Below, in pieces: positions 62,629 to 64,000 of a stretch of DNA of 64,000 nucleotides. Origin of the DNA: Camelus ferus (taxonomy: Eukaryota); assembly GCF_009834535.1 (NCBI RefSeq), contig NC_045696.1, positions 117,368,001 through 117,432,000 on the forward strand, given 5' to 3'. The stretch's first letter is position 1; each line of letters starts with the position of its first letter. A program made the translations under genes and the position numbers. The notes below the pieces were generated by a model. It saw only the letters and a program-made list of their open reading frames with translations, was not told where the DNA came from and did no database searches.

Positions 62629-63869
62629 CTCTAGATTGCCTGCGTGTCAAGGGCTGCTTGGCCAGTAACAGAAAAGGGAGAAATATGCAGCGCAAGCCTG
62701 GTATATTTTATCCCGACTTTGGCCCTTCCCCAACTAGATGCCAGCTCCCTGAGTCAGTCATTTAACCCTTAAGAAGCTGAGTAACGGGGCTGCTCAACAT
62801 GTGGGCAACTCCTGAAAACTGGCAGGGTGCCACAGAGAAAGATATGCAAATAGGGGCTTTGAGCACGCTTTGATGACACTTTTAGTATTCCTTGTTGACT
62901 TAGCAAGGCCTTTAAGTGGGTTAGGGACTGTCCCCAGCCCTGGGAATTCCCCAGTAAGAGATAAGACCCTTTCTACCTTGGAAAACCCAAGTCTTAGTGA
63001 GGCTGATAGAGTTCCAAAGAGATTATTCACAAAGATCGGGTCCATAGGAGTCCTATCAAACAAGCACAGACATGCATGCAAACTCACATACACACACCCC
63101 TAAAAATGATTCATTTAGAGTAAAAATTCTAACAAACCTTTGACTTCACAGTCCTATTGCTCTTTTTATTTAAACAATAATCATAATTATTATAATATAA
63201 CATAAATAACAAATATGCCCAACTTAATACATTGTCACCTGAAACTCTTGGTTTGAATTATGTGTTACATGGAAAATGATTACTTTTAAATACTTACTAA
63301 AATTCTGGTTAAATTTGGATCAGCTTTATTTGTGTCTTTCTACATTTTCGCATAGCTGTGGTTTTGTGTTTTCCTTCTCCAGTTCTTATGAATAACACAC
63401 TCTCCTGCCTCATTCGTCACTTTTTTTAAATGAAAAAGAAAAAAAAATTTAAAGTAAGTTAAAATGATAAACACTTCCATCTGCAATTGAAAGGTTGGAA
63501 ACGTAACAACATAAATTCTAGGAAATGCAAAGTTTCGCCTACAAGGCACACACATGATTCTCTTGTTACTATTTAAATACTTAAAAGCACAGTATAAGCC
63601 TAAAATAGCTCAAATATTATGACGATGTTTCAGTAACAAATACCACATTAGGGCTCCGCTGAGAAACTTCCCCAAAAGGCCCAGTGTCACTTGCTTTGTT
63701 TTTACTAAGCAAAATCAGAGAGGGCCAAAGTCAAGTCACCCCGGAAATGGAGTGACAGTTCATTGACAAATGTCATCTGTCCTACTTGAGAGAGTAGGGT
63801 TGCTTTGGAGGCTGCCTCTTAAGAGTCAATGTCATAGTATCTGTGAAAAATCACTCGAGAATAGATGCT

Positions 63870-64000
63870 AACACTGTGCTTCTAAACTTTTAAAGTACAT
63901 AGGAATTGAAGGGGGGTCTTGGGGATATTCAGATCCTAACTCCGTAGATCTGGGGCAGGGCTGAGCTTTTGTATAGCTAGCCAGCTCCCAGGATGTGGTG
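63870..64000. mobile_element. MER5-type MITE running off the window end
   Basis: GTGCTTCTAAACTTT...AGATCTGGGGCAGGGCTGAG...CCAGCTCCCAGGATG. Confidence 0.5.

Noticed and set aside
1..64000. Prokaryote-style systems (CRISPR array, operon, defence island) or a horizontally acquired or viral gene block
   Set aside because: No regularly spaced repeat-spacer array, no gene-dense segment and no gag/pol/env or mitochondrial-like sequence recognised. The window is uniformly mammalian repeat-rich DNA.

Overview
This is mammalian non-coding genomic DNA (intergenic or a very long intron), almost certainly from a camelid. Eight copies of a tRNA-Ala(AGC)-derived SINE matching the camelid Vic-1 family are present, together with young artiodactyl-type LINE-1 3' ends. 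I cannot tell Camelus from Lama/Vicugna, and I cannot name the locus. No intact protein-coding gene is supported. The only protein homology lies in a full-length, disabled gamma-actin (ACTG1) processed pseudogene (about 47180-49050, minus strand) and in decayed L1 ORF2 fragments. The rest is layered retroposon and DNA-transposon debris (L1, L2, MIR, MaLR/ERVL/ERV1 LTRs, hAT and mariner MITEs) plus three repeat-free blocks rich in homeodomain/POU/PBX motifs that look like conserved developmental enhancers. I found no evidence of a new biological system. The most interesting signals are retrotransposition anatomy: an L1 missing its whole reverse-transcriptase region inside one target-site duplication (TSD), two twin-primed L1 inversions, three L1 copies whose 5' ends converge on the same point, a candidate 3' transduction, a microhomology-deleted SINE and a closely spaced inverted SINE pair. 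Repeat family names come from my recall of consensus sequences, not from a search, and the boundaries of old repeats are approximate.
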